Shown here: positions 32,184 to 44,220 of the stretch, one piece after another
Position numbering within the stretch: position 1 is the first letter of the stretch
Layout of the letters: each line of letters begins with the position of its first letter
Assembly: GCA_043228905.1 (NCBI GenBank)
Contig: JBHGNT010000013.1
Location: forward strand, 15,438,001 to 15,502,000
Direction of reading: 5' to 3'
DNA from: Azolla caroliniana
Taxonomy: Eukaryota; Plantae; Polypodiophyta
DNA: 64,000 nt
Program-made: the position numbers and the translations under genes
The notes under the pieces: model-generated
Databases searched by the model: none
What the model saw: only the letters and a program-made list of their open reading frames with translations
Told to the model about the DNA's origin: nothing

Positions 32184-34349
32184 TAAATGATTATTTTTGG
32201 AAAAGAAATAGGATAAGGTAAGAGAGATAGTCATAACATCATGTCATGATGTAAACATATCATGGGCAAACATTAATCGATATCATTATCTCACGTCAAT
32301 ACCCCTCTAGACGTATGAGATGAGGTTCAAGATCATGTTACTATGGTAACACAAAGGTGTTTCAAAAACCATGGGGGTGACAATTTAATGTCTTTCCCTG
32401 ATCTCTATATCGATTTTTCATGGCGGCTCCCCGAGGCTCAACCATGTACGTTCGCGTCATGAATAGTTTATACATGAAAAAAATGTTAACAATAAACTAT
32501 GTTTTGGTGCCCACATATATGGTTTTGGCTCTTTAAGTCCTATTACGAGGACCCCGAAGTGCACTTAGACCTTAAGTCTAAACATGTGTTATAGTTATAT
32601 GTATCAACGATGTTGTATGGTCCTGGTCATATTTGAACTCAAGACCTCGAGAACAAATACATTAAACACTTGAGCCAACCAAGTAGATTGCTCTTCTTTG
32701 AATGTTTAATATTTCATGCGTATAAGAGATATGCAAGGCATTTTCCCATATATGTTTTTTTAAAAGAAACATATATGTCAAGAGTCCTTATTTCACCCTC
32801 ATTTACTACAACTATGTTGATACGTTACCTAACCTCAAGTCTCGTAATTACGATGGCATACACCAAAGTGCAACCTAATGGTCAAGCCAAATGAGCCCTC
32901 TTTTTGTAGTATGCCCATGTGGCCCATCACATGGTCACGTCAGTACGAATGCCTCTCGTAAGAATGATCTCATGGTGGCATCGTATCCATGTAATGAGGG
33001 AGGGATGTTGGATACGTGTGTTTTAGGAGCGACCTCACATGAACTGGGTCAAGCCCTACGTACTCAACATCATTATGGCTATAGGCGTTTCTTTACGTAA
33101 CGAAATATCGAAGTCACCAATGGGGATTTCAACAATAAAAAATTGTTGAAAAAAGGGATGGTGACAACGACGCTATTCTCACAAAAATGTGAGGACGGCC
33201 ACCAAGATCCTTTCCCCGAAAAGGAAAACATTCGATTAAAATCACGTAATAACTTATATACACATATGTATATTATCATATATATATGATCAACTACGTA
33301 TACACGTGACCACATATGCCTATATTAAACAAATCGTTATATTTAATAGCCAAAAATGACATAATCGAGATACGTAATCGAGGCATATACCTCTACGCAC
33401 ACGAGACATCCAAAAATAAGGGTTAATCGTAATACGCAATTGAGGTATTGACCTCTTACGCATACGAGACCAAACACATATCATTTACAACGAATCGAGG
33501 TATTGACCTCATATGCAAACGTAACATATGTTTGTGAATGTAATACGCAATTGAGGTATTAACCTTGTGCGCATACGACACTCATCACATATTCAATATA
33601 TGTCAAATGAGGTATTGACCTCATACACATATGTAAACGTTTTATACAACCAATGAATTACCACTACAACATCATTGAATTAATGAAAAAAAACTACATA
33701 TTAACCATACGCATGATTAGATGGGAGAAGAAAAAATAGACAGAAAAAACAAGAAAGATTACCGAAGTTCCTTTGTTGATCCTTGTCTGCATGAAGGCCG
33801 ACCGCATGTAGATCGATCGCCATCAATCAAGAACACAAAAGACAACAAAAGAAACATTAGAAAATGAGCTCTGATACCAACTTTTAGAGACATGAACTAA
33901 TGTAAGCATTAGATAAGGATAGAATATAGATAGATAGATAGAAAGGAGAGAGAGAAAGAAGGGTGCCGATCCACCCGACCACCCCCGAGCGAAGGGATCG
34001 AGACGGACTCGAGCCTCGATCGGCGTCCCATACCACCGTCGTGGCGTCAAGTCATACCTGGTGCTGGTGCTGGCGCGCTCACTACAAGAGTTGACCCACC
34101 ACAAGACACAGTCTCAACGTAGTCAACAAGATGCTCAAATGAGGGTAACTAGGCCTCTTATTTATAGCAATACCTAAGGCCCGCATGCAAGTTCACACTT
34201 GGCCTAATGGGTTGTCTCAATCCCGAGGATTAAAAGTAATCCTCCCCTTCTTTACACTCTCATTTATCCCTCACACTTACCCACGTGTATAGAATACTAC
34301 GGTAAATTCTCACCACGGGATATTATATGGTCATGCCCGTAACACACAT

Positions 34350-34654
34350 ATACTCTAGCACTTGATAATGTTGACATACTTCTGTATGACTTCTCCTTGA
34401 CCAAAACAGGCCATCTAAGACGGACTACAATCAAGATAATAAAAGAGAAGATCCCAAATATGCCTATTGATGCAACACAGAGACGAACAAGGAGTATGTC
34501 TCATAATCACGGTGACATTGGATTGCAATTGTATGAAGACAATGGATCGGTTGCTAGTGATGATGAGGATGAGACCTCACAAAGCTCTTCTAATTCGTTG
34601 GGTGGGTCTGAAGGAGAAGGCGTATCTCTGGGAAGTGATGGATCTCATATATGA
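34350..34654 (+). pseudogene. Sola-like transposase, 3' end
   Basis: Removing the Gypsy and one CACAT copy gives an open frame ..NLSST-YTLALDNVDILLYDFSLTKTGHL..GSHI*. Confidence 0.8.
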
Positions 34655-34914
34655 AATGTAAATATTGTATGTTACATCAATATGGCATTCACAAATATGT
34701 ATAAATATACATGTTAGTCATTTTGTAATTTTTATACGTTCTCTTCTAAATTTCACGTGTCGATTATTAGGGGCATTTTTTGAAAGCCCTAAATTTTTGG
34801 ACATGGTATAAATCAATATATTTTGATTCAATTTCCAAAACCCTTTACGCATGCGATGGTCCTTTTTGTGAAATGACCTACTTTGTGCATTTTTTGGACA
34901 GACTATTCTTAAAT

Positions 34915-34960
34915 TGCGACATATTACCTGTTTCAAATGACCCGGTGTTTAGAGTTTCTC
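34915..34960 (-). repeat. Right TIR of the Sola-like element
   Basis: Reverse complement reads GAGAAACTCTAAACACCGGGTCATTTGAAACAGGTAATATGTCGCA. Confidence 0.8.
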
Positions 34961-35215
34961 CGCAATTGGTCTCGAACTTACAATTGACATTGTTCATCGA
35001 TGGAAATCACTATGGGAATACAATTTTGTTTAGAAAAACCATAATGACAATGGTGAAGGTAAGAAAAGATCCAATAGGGGGCGATTCTTGCATTCACAAG
35101 CTATGGATTCTAAATCTTTCCAAACGTAAATGGAATAGGAAACTACAAAAATAATATGAGTTTCCAAGTTGGAGAAAACAACTATTAGAACAATAGAGTA
35201 TTGGTGAAGGATGCG

Positions 35216-36210
35216 ATTTTGAGGAGCAAAGGATGATTTGACTGTACACACTGACTCCGGCCAAGGAAGGTCGAGGAAGGCAACTGGGTGTTGGTCTACG
35301 ACAACAACCTCGAAAACCAGCACCGGTTGACCCGGAAGTTTGCGTAGCGGTGGTTTGGGCCATATGTGGTAATGAGCGCCAACGACAACGCAACATGACC
35401 GAACTCAATGGGACAAGGATCGCGATGCCAATTGCGGGAAAGTGAATCAAATCCTTTAAGAAGTGGCACGAGCTGGAACCGGATCCGGACATGGGGGAAG
35501 AGAACACTGGACGGAGTGAGGAATTGGATGATGAGCCGGACGACGAAGGATCGGAGAAAGACACATAAGGATCGATTTGGAGTCTTCCCTGCTTCACTAC
35601 TCGGCACATACCGGAGGATGTGCGGTTTGGTGGGGGTGGATGTCGTGAAGATTTCTGGCCATAGGAGAAAGGAGAGTCAGATGCGTGTGAATGGGGGTGT
35701 GCGAGTGTGCACATGAACATGGACCAATGTACAAAGGAATGTAGATATAAGTATAACATTTATAAGTACTAGGTAGAATAGTTAATCGGTACTTTAATGT
35801 CCCACAAAAAGAGGAATAATAGGATATGATGTAAGAGAGAATCGAGGAAGAATCATTGATAGAAAACGGTTGCCATTAAGCATGATCTAACGACCTCCTC
35901 TTGTGTTATAAAAGGGGAGGTTTGAACTGTTGTGGGGATCCATCATTTTGGAAGGAGAAGTGTTGTCGGTTTGAGATACGAAGCTTTGTCGTTCTCCATG
36001 TTTCACTCTGTATTGATTCAGAAGGAAGGTGAGGCCTCTACTCGCGTAGGAAGCTCGTGTACTCCCAATCTGTTTCTCTCTATTCTTGGACGATCTTCCT
36101 CACAAAGAGTGTTGAGACTGTTCCACACATGATGGCCAATTCCAACACTCCACAGGGGGAAACTCCTACTTGCTCGAGGACCAAAAGTACATTCAATGTA
36201 CCCGTTATAT
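35216..36210 (+). mobile_element. Fragment of a related Gypsy: integrase C-terminal remnant, PPT, and 3' LTR starting at 35641
   Basis: EGNWVLVYDN..RWFGPYVV remnant, then GGTGGGGGTGGA-TGTCGTGAAG. TATA near 35908. Right boundary uncertain. Confidence 0.65.
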
Positions 36211-39200
36211 GTCACACTCAGAGAGGGTAACTTGTTCCAACTTCTTGTAATCAAGTTTCGCACATGGACGAGTAGTAGAGATGTGTCGACGTAACAACTA
36301 GACCATGTCTCCAATGACAAAGTGTGGAGTGGAAGATCGATGGCGATCAGCCTGCTTCTTGTATCGTTTACTAGCAAGACTAAGCTCCAAGGATAATCAT
36401 GATGTAGTTCTTCCAAAATGTGGGCGCGATCCTCCGCCGAAGGGTTCACGGAAGTGGTAGGAAGGGAAATGTTGAAGCGAGGATGTAAACCATAGTTGGC
36501 AAAAAAGGGAGTGACGCCAGTCGATGCATGGAGAGAATTATTGTAGGCGAATTCCGCGAGCGAAAGTAAGTTGACCCAATCATCTTGTTGGTAACTAACC
36601 GAGCACCGGAGATACTGCTCAAGGATTTGGTTGACACGCTCCGTTTGCCCGTCAGTTTGGGGGTGATAAGCGGAGGACAACTTGACAGAGATGCCTAAAG
36701 TTTGTAGCAGGCGCTGCCAGAAGTGAGAGACAAACTGGGGTCCGCGATCCGAGAGGACATCATCGGGGAGTCCATGCAAGCGTACCACATTGTTGAGTAG
36801 TAGATGCACCATTCCTTCTCCGGAAATGGTTTTGGAGCATGGAGTGAAGTGAGCCATCTTCGTAAACCGATCGACAACGACCAACACCGAGTCATAGCTA
36901 TTGACCAAGGGTAGATCAGTTATCAGGTCCATAGAGATAGAGGCCCAAGGACGATGAGGACATGGAAGCGGCTGTAGTAAGCCGTATGGCCGATGATGAA
37001 TGGCTTTGGAGCGAGCACAAACCTCACAACTCTTTATGTATTCTTTGACCAACTTCCATGGTTGTGGCCACCAATACCCCCGAGAGATTAGCTCGAGGGT
37101 TTTCGCGACCCCGAAATGACCTGCAAGTGGGTCATCGTGGCATTCCCACAACACCCGGGTGCGACATGGGCCCTCTGGGACGTATAAGAGATGATCTCGG
37201 AACAACAAACCCTCTTGTATGGTGAAGGTTTCAAGATCCTTCCTTTTGGTCACCTTGGAGGGGTTTTGGAGACTATCTCGAATCTCGTTGGCGAACGCAT
37301 CAGTCTTGGATACATCAGTGATTTGTTGGAGTAAAGAATCATCCTGCAACATATAAGTGGCAAAAAGATGCAATTGGTCGGGTTTCAACAAACGTCTAGA
37401 TTGTTGAGCATGAGCAGCATCCCCAGGGTAGAGTGCAAGGTTAGCTCGGCGAGAAAGGGCATCAGCCTTCCCATGTTGGCCACAAGGTTGAAATACGATC
37501 TCAAAATTGTAGTCGGCGAGAAATGTCGACCAACGGGCCTGCCTTCGATTCAAAGTACGAGTGGTGGAAAAATAAACTAAATTTTTATGATCAGTCAGTA
37601 CCTGGACACGATATTGTGCGCCGGCCAAGTAGGGTCGCCATTCTTCAAAGGCAGCAATGATAGCAACAAGCTCCTTGTCGTAAATGGGATAATTGATTTC
37701 GGATGCCATAAATTTTCGGGAATAGTAAGCCATTGGGTGCATTAGGTTGTTGTCGTCTGCCTGGGATAAGATGGCGCCAATGGCAAAGTCAGAGGCATCG
37801 GTTTCGACTTGGAAGGGTTTTGTGGGGTCGGCATGTAGCAGCACCGGGGCAGTGATGAATGCGTGTTTGAGTGAGTCGAATGCATTTTGCGCCTCCGAGG
37901 TCCATAAAAATGGAGTGCCTTTATGGGTGAGAGCGATAAGAGGTTGTGCTAGGGTGGAAAACCCCTTGATGAAGCGACGGTAAAAATTCGCAAAGCCGAG
38001 GAAGGATTGCACATCTTTAAGTCGCCTTGGAGTCGCCCATGCCTGAATGACAAAGACCTTCTTCATATCCATGGTGATGCCAGTGGGCGAGATGAGGTAG
38101 CCCAGAAATTCGATCGAGGTACGGTCGAACTCACATTTCTCGCCTTTGGCATAAAGGCCATGCTCGCAAAGTTTGGCAAGAACTAATCGGACTTGGCGAG
38201 TGTGCTCCTCCATGTTTGGCGAGAAAATGAGAATATCATCGAGGTAAATGACAACAAAAAGATCAAGATATTCCCATAATATATCGTTCATCATATGTTG
38301 AAAAAATGCGGGAGCGTTAGTAAGACCAAAAGGCATGACCTTGTATTCGAAATGCCCATACCGTGTTCGAAATGCAGTTTTCCATTCATCCCCCGGCTTG
38401 ATGCGTACTAGATTGTACGCTTCACGCAGATCAACTTTGGAGAAGACACGCACAACTTGGAGCCGATCAAGGAGTTCGGGGATCAGAGGTAGCGGATAGC
38501 GGTTGCGCACATTGAGTTTGTTGAGACCTCGGTAGTCGACGCATAAGCGTAGAGAGCCGTCCTTCTTCTTCACAAATAAAATGGGGGCCCCGGTTGGTGA
38601 CTTAGAAGGTTGAATAAATCCTTTCTCGAGGTTCTCATCGAGATACACACGAAGGGCCTTCAACTCTGGTGCAGACAACGCATATAGAGGACCAAAGGGT
38701 GGACACGCACCTTCTTGAAGATCAATCGGACAGTCGTAGAGCTGGTGTTCAGGCAAACGATCAACATTACATTTTTCAAATACGTCGGAGAAGTGTTGGT
38801 ATTTTTCGGGAATAACATGGAGTGTGTTAGAAATGGCGCCACAAACAAACCCATCCTGGACCAATGATGGGGTAGTCAATTCGGAGTCGACCGTCTCTAA
38901 AGGATAGGAAACTGAATTTACCTTCATACTTTTGCACGAGCATCTTGGTTTGCTAAATGTGATTGAGCGGTTGCACCAATCCACTATTGGATTGTGTGCC
39001 TCCAACCACGTTAGTCCTAAGATGATCGGATGTCGACGAGATGCGATGAGGTAAAAGGCGAGCTCCTCCTGGTGTGAGCCCACCTGAAGCCCTAATGGGA
39101 TTGTAGCTTGAGTAATTGCACCTGACGAGAGGACGCACCCGTCGATGGCTTCAACTGGAATGGGTTTTGAGAGGCCAATGACAAGTACGCCATGTGCTTG

Positions 39201-39365
39201 GGCAAACGCGACGTCAATGAAGCAAGAAGATGCCCCAGAATCAAGTAAAGCAACAGACTGAATGGAACTAGAGTTAAACGAAAACCATACCTCCAATGTG
39301 AAATTGCCTGATGGTCCGGCAATGGAACCAAGAGAATGTGGGCGACGGGAGATGTCCAGTTGCAT
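36018..39365 (-). CDS. Pol (PR-RT-RH-INT). True homology ends near 36240, after a frameshift near 36390
   Basis: LLDSGAS, YLDDILIF, ETDASDFAIG, HHCC zinc finger, LSDRGPQF, HPQTDGQTER. Confidence 0.9.
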   Translation of the reverse strand: MQLDISRRPHSLGSIAGPSGNFTLEVWFSFNSSSIQSVALLDSGASSCFIDVAFAQAHGVLVIGLSKPIPVEAIDGCVLSSGAITQATIPLGLQVGSHQEELAFYLIASRRHPIILGLTWLEAHNPIVDWCNRSITFSKPRCSCKSMKVNSVSYPLETVDSELTTPSLVQDGFVCGAISNTLHVIPEKYQHFSDVFEKCNVDRLPEHQLYDCPIDLQEGACPPFGPLYALSAPELKALRVYLDENLEKGFIQPSKSPTGAPILFVKKKDGSLRLCVDYRGLNKLNVRNRYPLPLIPELLDRLQVVRVFSKVDLREAYNLVRIKPGDEWKTAFRTRYGHFEYKVMPFGLTNAPAFFQHMMNDILWEYLDLFVVIYLDDILIFSPNMEEHTRQVRLVLAKLCEHGLYAKGEKCEFDRTSIEFLGYLISPTGITMDMKKVFVIQAWATPRRLKDVQSFLGFANFYRRFIKGFSTLAQPLIALTHKGTPFLWTSEAQNAFDSLKHAFITAPVLLHADPTKPFQVETDASDFAIGAILSQADDNNLMHPMAYYSRKFMASEINYPIYDKELVAIIAAFEEWRPYLAGAQYRVQVLTDHKNLVYFSTTRTLNRRQARWSTFLADYNFEIVFQPCGQHGKADALSRRANLALYPGDAAHAQQSRRLLKPDQLHLFATYMLQDDSLLQQITDVSKTDAFANEIRDSLQNPSKVTKRKDLETFTIQEGLLFRDHLLYVPEGPCRTRVLWECHDDPLAGHFGVAKTLELISRGYWWPQPWKLVKEYIKSCEVCARSKAIHHRPYGLLQPLPCPHRPWASISMDLITDLPLVNSYDSVLVVVDRFTKMAHFTPCSKTISGEGMVHLLLNNVVRLHGLPDDVLSDRGPQFVSHFWQRLLQTLGISVKLSSAYHPQTDGQTERVNQILEQYLRCSVSYQQDDWVNLLSLAEFAYNNSLHASTGVTPFFANYGLHPRFNISLPTTSVNPSAEDRAHILEELHHDYPWSLVLLVNDTRSRLIAIDLPLHTLSLETWSSCYVDTSLLLVHVRNLITRSWNKLPSLSVTYNGYIECTFGPRASRSFPLWSVGIGHHVWNSLNTLCEEDRPRIERNRLGVHELPTRVEASPSF

Positions 39366-40791
39366 GGCTCCTACTGCAACCGAACGATGTCGTTTTCCGG
39401 ATGTTGGGGTCCGTTAGCTCGATGGAATTGTGGGCGAGTTCTCCTAGGACAATGCCGAACGACATGACCGGAGGCACCACAATACATGCACAAGCCATTA
39501 GCCCGCCGAAATTGTCGTTCAGCATCAGTCAATGACCGAAATCGGGCTTGATCAATTTCCATGGGGACAGGAGCATCTGCCAAAGTAGGCGAGTGTGAGG
39601 ATGCCTGGGGTTGTATGACCGGGGCATGGCGTGGAAGTGAATGAGGTGGAACCCAAGTCCGACGCTCTTCTTGGCGAAATTCGAAAAGACGATTGTCACA
39701 ATGGACTGCTTGTGAAATCGCTTGGGATAACGAGGTGGGCTCTGGAAAGTTTAAGAGAAGATTCTTGACATTGCTTCGAAGGCTACGCCGAAAGTGATCA
39801 GCTAAAGCTTGATCATCCCAATTGACGTCGCATGCTAGTTGTCGAAATTCTAAAGCATAGACCGAAGCTGCACGCGAACCTTGTTCGAGTGCATAAATCT
39901 TGTTAAGAGTTGTACGTCGTCGGTCCGTCTCTCCAAATGTGGCCTCTAACTCGGCGAGGAAGGCAGGAAAGTCCTCCAATAGAGGTGACGAGGTTTCTAC
40001 CAATGGTGCAAACCAAGCTTGAGCCAGACCTGAGAGAAGGGTGCCCACAAGGCCGACTTGTCGAAGACCATCTCCATAACGTTGAGGTTGTAGCCGAATG
40101 ATAAGTCAAACTTGGTTGATGAACCCTCGGAAACGCCACCTCGTTCCATCAAATTTTTCTAGGAGGCTAACCTTAGGCTCAAGAAACTGTGACGAAGCTA
40201 GGCTAGATGTTGGTAGAAGATCGGGCTCTAGGCTAGGTTGTTGTGGGAGACTAGGGTTCAGGGGTTGTGAGGATAGGGAGGTACCGACTTGAAGTTCTTG
40301 TAAAGAATTTCGAAGAGCTTCATTTTCAAGCTGTAGTTGTCGTAAGGCTACCATTATTTGGCCTAACTCACTAGTTGAGTCGGACATAGCTATGGCTTAT
40401 GAGAGGGAGAGCTATGAGGATGGGAAGGTGAACAAACTGTCACGGATCATAAGCTCAAGAGACAAGCAAGAAGATAACCAAATGGACAAGAAAGAAGATA
40501 GTATTAAAGGAAAAACTCCATAACTGGTGTTGTTCACCTTGAATTGCTTCAAGGTGAACTCCTCTATTTATACTACATGGCATGCATACTTGTGGCACGC
40601 ATGTGAATCTACAATAGAGCATGTAGGTATGCATGCATGTGCCAAGTGTAGATACTACAAGAGAGCAACTATGCACATGATGCTAGCAAAATAATAAGGA
40701 TCAATTACATACATAACTATGTACTAGATATTTTGGTTAACTCATAATACTAGATTATAACATAGTCGTGTCAAGAGTTCGAATCTTGACA
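36237..40791 (-). mobile_element. Tf1/Tcn1-like Gypsy, 3'-truncated. 5' LTR 40438-40791
   Basis: LTR TGTCA..TGACA with TATAAATA. No tRNA PBS. gag and pol follow. The integrase tail breaks off after KLDYKKL. Confidence 0.88.
39371..40387 (-). pseudogene. Gag with CCHC zinc knuckle (one in-frame stop)
   Basis: EKFDGTR..FRGF, QGSR..YALEF, PVPMEID, CMYCGASGHVVRHC. Confidence 0.85.
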
Positions 40792-42691
40792 GTGTGGGCA
40801 TATTTGGCCAAAACCAAAGATCTTGTATTCTCGATCTTCTAGGAATCGCTCACTATGGTCGAAAATCAATCCAATCGAAAACTGAAATGCCTTTGGACCA
40901 ACAATGGGGGAGAATTTAAGTATAAAGAATTCGTCCAATTTTATCGGCAGCGCAGCATCATACGTGAATACACGACACCTCATAGTCTAGAGCAGAATGG
41001 AATTGTCGAGCGTATGAATGAGACAATTCAGGAACGGATAGTATCTATGCTCCAACACTCTAGACTCTCGGATGGCTTTTGGGCAAAGGCCCTACTTACG
41101 ACAATACACATAATCAATACGTCGCCGAGTAGGCCTCTATGACTTCGAATACCTCAGGAATTATGGACCGGAAGTAAGCCGAATTACGACAAGTTGAGGA
41201 TTTTCGAATGTGAGGCATACGCCCTCATATCGAAGGATGATCGCCGGAAACTTGAACCGAGGTCCAGGAAATGCATTTTCCTTGGTTATGGACTAGACGG
41301 TGAGATTGGATACCGACTTTGGGACTTGAGCACAGATAGATCGTCCGAACTTCAGACGTAGTGTTCAATGAGTCAGTTATGCATAAGACGACCGAAAGGC
41401 CTACTGAAGTCTCAGGGGTAACCTTTTCTGAAGTGTTCGCCCTTCATGACAACCCAACCCATAACATGAGGTTGGCTTCATGGGTAGCCGAATCCTCTAG
41501 CACCGACTCGACACAGTTGAATGATTCGGCTTTGGACCATCCAACTCAAACACCCGATGCGACTAGCCTAGTCTTACCTCGACGTCATACGAAGAAGCAT
41601 CGACATTCAACCGATTCGGCCACATGGCATCTGGCGATGGAGTTAGAAATGAATTCCATTCAGCAAAATAAGACTTAGGACTTGGTCGAATTACCGAAAA
41701 ATCGATGTGCCCTTCCATGTAGTGGGTCTATTTGGTCAAACCAAAATTCAAGCCCAAACTAGTAGCAAAGGGTGTTCGACAGGAATATGGCGTCGATATC
41801 GATGAAATCTTTTCACCAGTGGTGAAAATGACCACCCATTTGCTTCATGCTCGGTGTTGTGGCACCCGAGAATTTGGAGTTGATTCAACTAGATGTAAAA
41901 ACAACATTCCTCCATGGTGACCTCATAATTTACGTGGACGATGTGCTACTTTTCGGCCAGTATGCGAGAGAGCTCGTTGAACTTGTTCGACAACTGCGGT
42001 TAAAGTTATCCATAAAGGACCTCGGTCCGATAAGACACATTCTAGGGACGAAGATAAGTCGGATTCAAACTCGATGATAGTTATTTTTGCCTCAAGCAGA
42101 CTATATTGGACATGTCTTAAAACGCTTCAACATGTAATCGGCCAAATATGCTTTGACCCCACTCCCCATTAGCCTTCGGTCATTTCACTGAGACTGCCCA
42201 ACATCCGGTACCGTATGCACTAGCAATAGAGTCCTGAATGTACACGATGGTCGCAACATGGCCTGACATTGCTCATGCCATAAGAGTCGTCAACAGATTT
42301 ATGCACTATCTTGGTCGATCACGTTGGAAGGCAGTAAAGTATGTGTTTAGATATCTGGTGGGCACAAAAGACTATGACATCCTATTAAGCCCGAACGACA
42401 CTTCAGGCGTAGTCAGTTATACCGACTCGAACTTTATTGGTTGTATGGATAGTCGAACTTTAAATTAGGCAATGGGGCAATCTCATGGAAGTTGAATCTT
42501 CAGGAGTGCATTTCTATGTTAACGATTGATGCCAAATACGTAGCCTCGTCCGATGCGGCGAAAGAGGCCTTATGGTTCAGTCGATTGGCGCACATGTTTT
42601 GACAAGTCGACTCCGACTCGGCTCCAGTTGTTTATCGTGACAGTCAGGGTGCCGTTGCTTTGTCAAAATATCCTCTTCAACATAACGCCTT
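40792..42691 (+). mobile_element. Decayed Ty1/Copia pol fragment (INT-RT-RH)
   Basis: [32 protein letters not shown]. Many stops and deletions. RNase H is cut by the LTR at 42692. Confidence 0.85.
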
Positions 42692-42963
42692 TGTGGAGCA
42701 GACAAGCTCAACCAGATCCGGATCGGTATCCGGAAACCAGAGAACTAGATCATGCTCCGAAATAGTCTGAACCAGTAGGCCATTAGAGGCCTATGGTCTA
42801 AGCCTAGTATGTAGGCATATTCCTTGGAGTTAGTGTAGAGGCTCATTTATGAGCATCCAAGTACTTATGGTACTTGTGTCAATCCGTGTAAGGACTTGTA
42901 CAAAATTGCTCTCTGAGCACATTCTATGTACAGAGTATTATTTTTTGAAATTTTTTTTTTGGT

Positions 42964-43018
<55 letters not shown>

Positions 43019-44173
43019 GCGCATGTATGTTAAGGTTTCCATTAAACCTTCACCTCTGTTTTCTATTGTTCTTTTGTTATCCGGATGCGTCAGCTTGTCT
43101 ACACTTCTGCACAGTATCGTTTTCATGGTATCAGAGCACGGGGGTTAGAAATTCTCTGTTGTAGACAGAAACCGTTAGGTAGACGAAAACCGAATTTCTG
43201 GTAAAAGGAACAGACAAGAAGGAGAGAATGGACCGAGGAATGACTAGCTCGCTCCCGACGGAGAAGCTCGACAGATCCAACTACGCATCTTGGTCGTACA
43301 AGATGCACTAGTACCTGCTTGGGCATGGCTACTGGAGTTATGTCGACGGAGCGAATGATACATCACTTGATGCCGCACACAGGGACTTTCTGGTTTGGGA
43401 ACAAGTGGTAAGCAGGATAATGTACAGCTTCGTGTCCAGTGTCAGTGATTAGTTGCTCAGCCATATCCAGGACGCCAAGACACCAAAGGAAGCTTGGAGA
43501 AACCTAAAAATGGTCTTCGCCGCAAGCATCACGACCCGGAAGCTGCAACTCCAACAAGAGTTCAGCAATGTCCGGCAGAAAGACATGTCGGTGGCCGACT
43601 ACACGACCTGCATTAAAGACATTTGCGACTCACTTGCCTCTATCAACATGACCGTTGAGGAAGATGAGATGGTGCAGGTCTGTCCCTAAACCCTAACGTC
43701 AATGTTCGGAGCATTCCGGACGATGGTATGTACAACGGAGAATATGCCTTATGAAGGAGAACCACGCGGGTGCGTCGACGAGCACCAACACCGACATCAA
43801 GATATTGTACACAGAGGAAGATAGGCCCCATGGACGTGGAGGTCGACATGGATCGGCGTGCAATGCTGGCAGCCGACAAGAGCAGAATCAGAGGCACAAA
43901 GACGATGCCAGCAGCAATATTGGACCCTCCGAAAGCAGGGGGAGCCGAGGGCCAACAAGGGAAGACCGCATCAGACTACTGGTATTATGGCCACAAAGGC
44001 CACAAAGAAAGCGAGTGTTGGAAGAAGAGGGTTGATTCGGACAAAGCCGGATCGAGCCGGTGTCGCGTTGTTACGCGTGTGCATGTAGAAGGGCGGGACC
44101 ACGGTGGTCTCGGACAAGGGAGAAAAGGGATGCCCAGAAAAATGACACCGGACACGACTCGGATGCAACCGAA

Positions 44174-44220
<47 letters not shown>

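Larger units (their letters stand above)
18636..34344 (-). mobile_element. Full-length degenerate Ty3/Gypsy chromovirus. 5' LTR 33882-34344, 3' LTR 18636-19092
   Basis: TSD CACAT (18631-18635 and 34345-34349). tRNA-iMet PBS TGGTATCAGAGC at 33868-33879. PPT AGAGGAGGAGTA next to the 3' LTR. Domain order gag-PR-RT-RH-INT-chromodomain. Confidence 0.95.
11393..34960 (+). mobile_element. Sola-like TIR DNA transposon carrying a ParB-DNA methyltransferase cargo gene, interrupted by a Gypsy nest at 18636-34349
   Basis: Imperfect TIRs at 11393-11440 and 34915-34960 share AAACACCGGGTCATTT and AGGTAATATGTCGCA. The transposase frame rejoins across the Gypsy TSD. No clean TSD for this element (AATT on the right side only). 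Confidence 0.8.

Noticed and set aside
36018-36236. C-terminal extension of the 1115 aa Pol ORF as a novel domain
   Set aside because: Out-of-frame read-through past the truncation point into an unrelated LTR.
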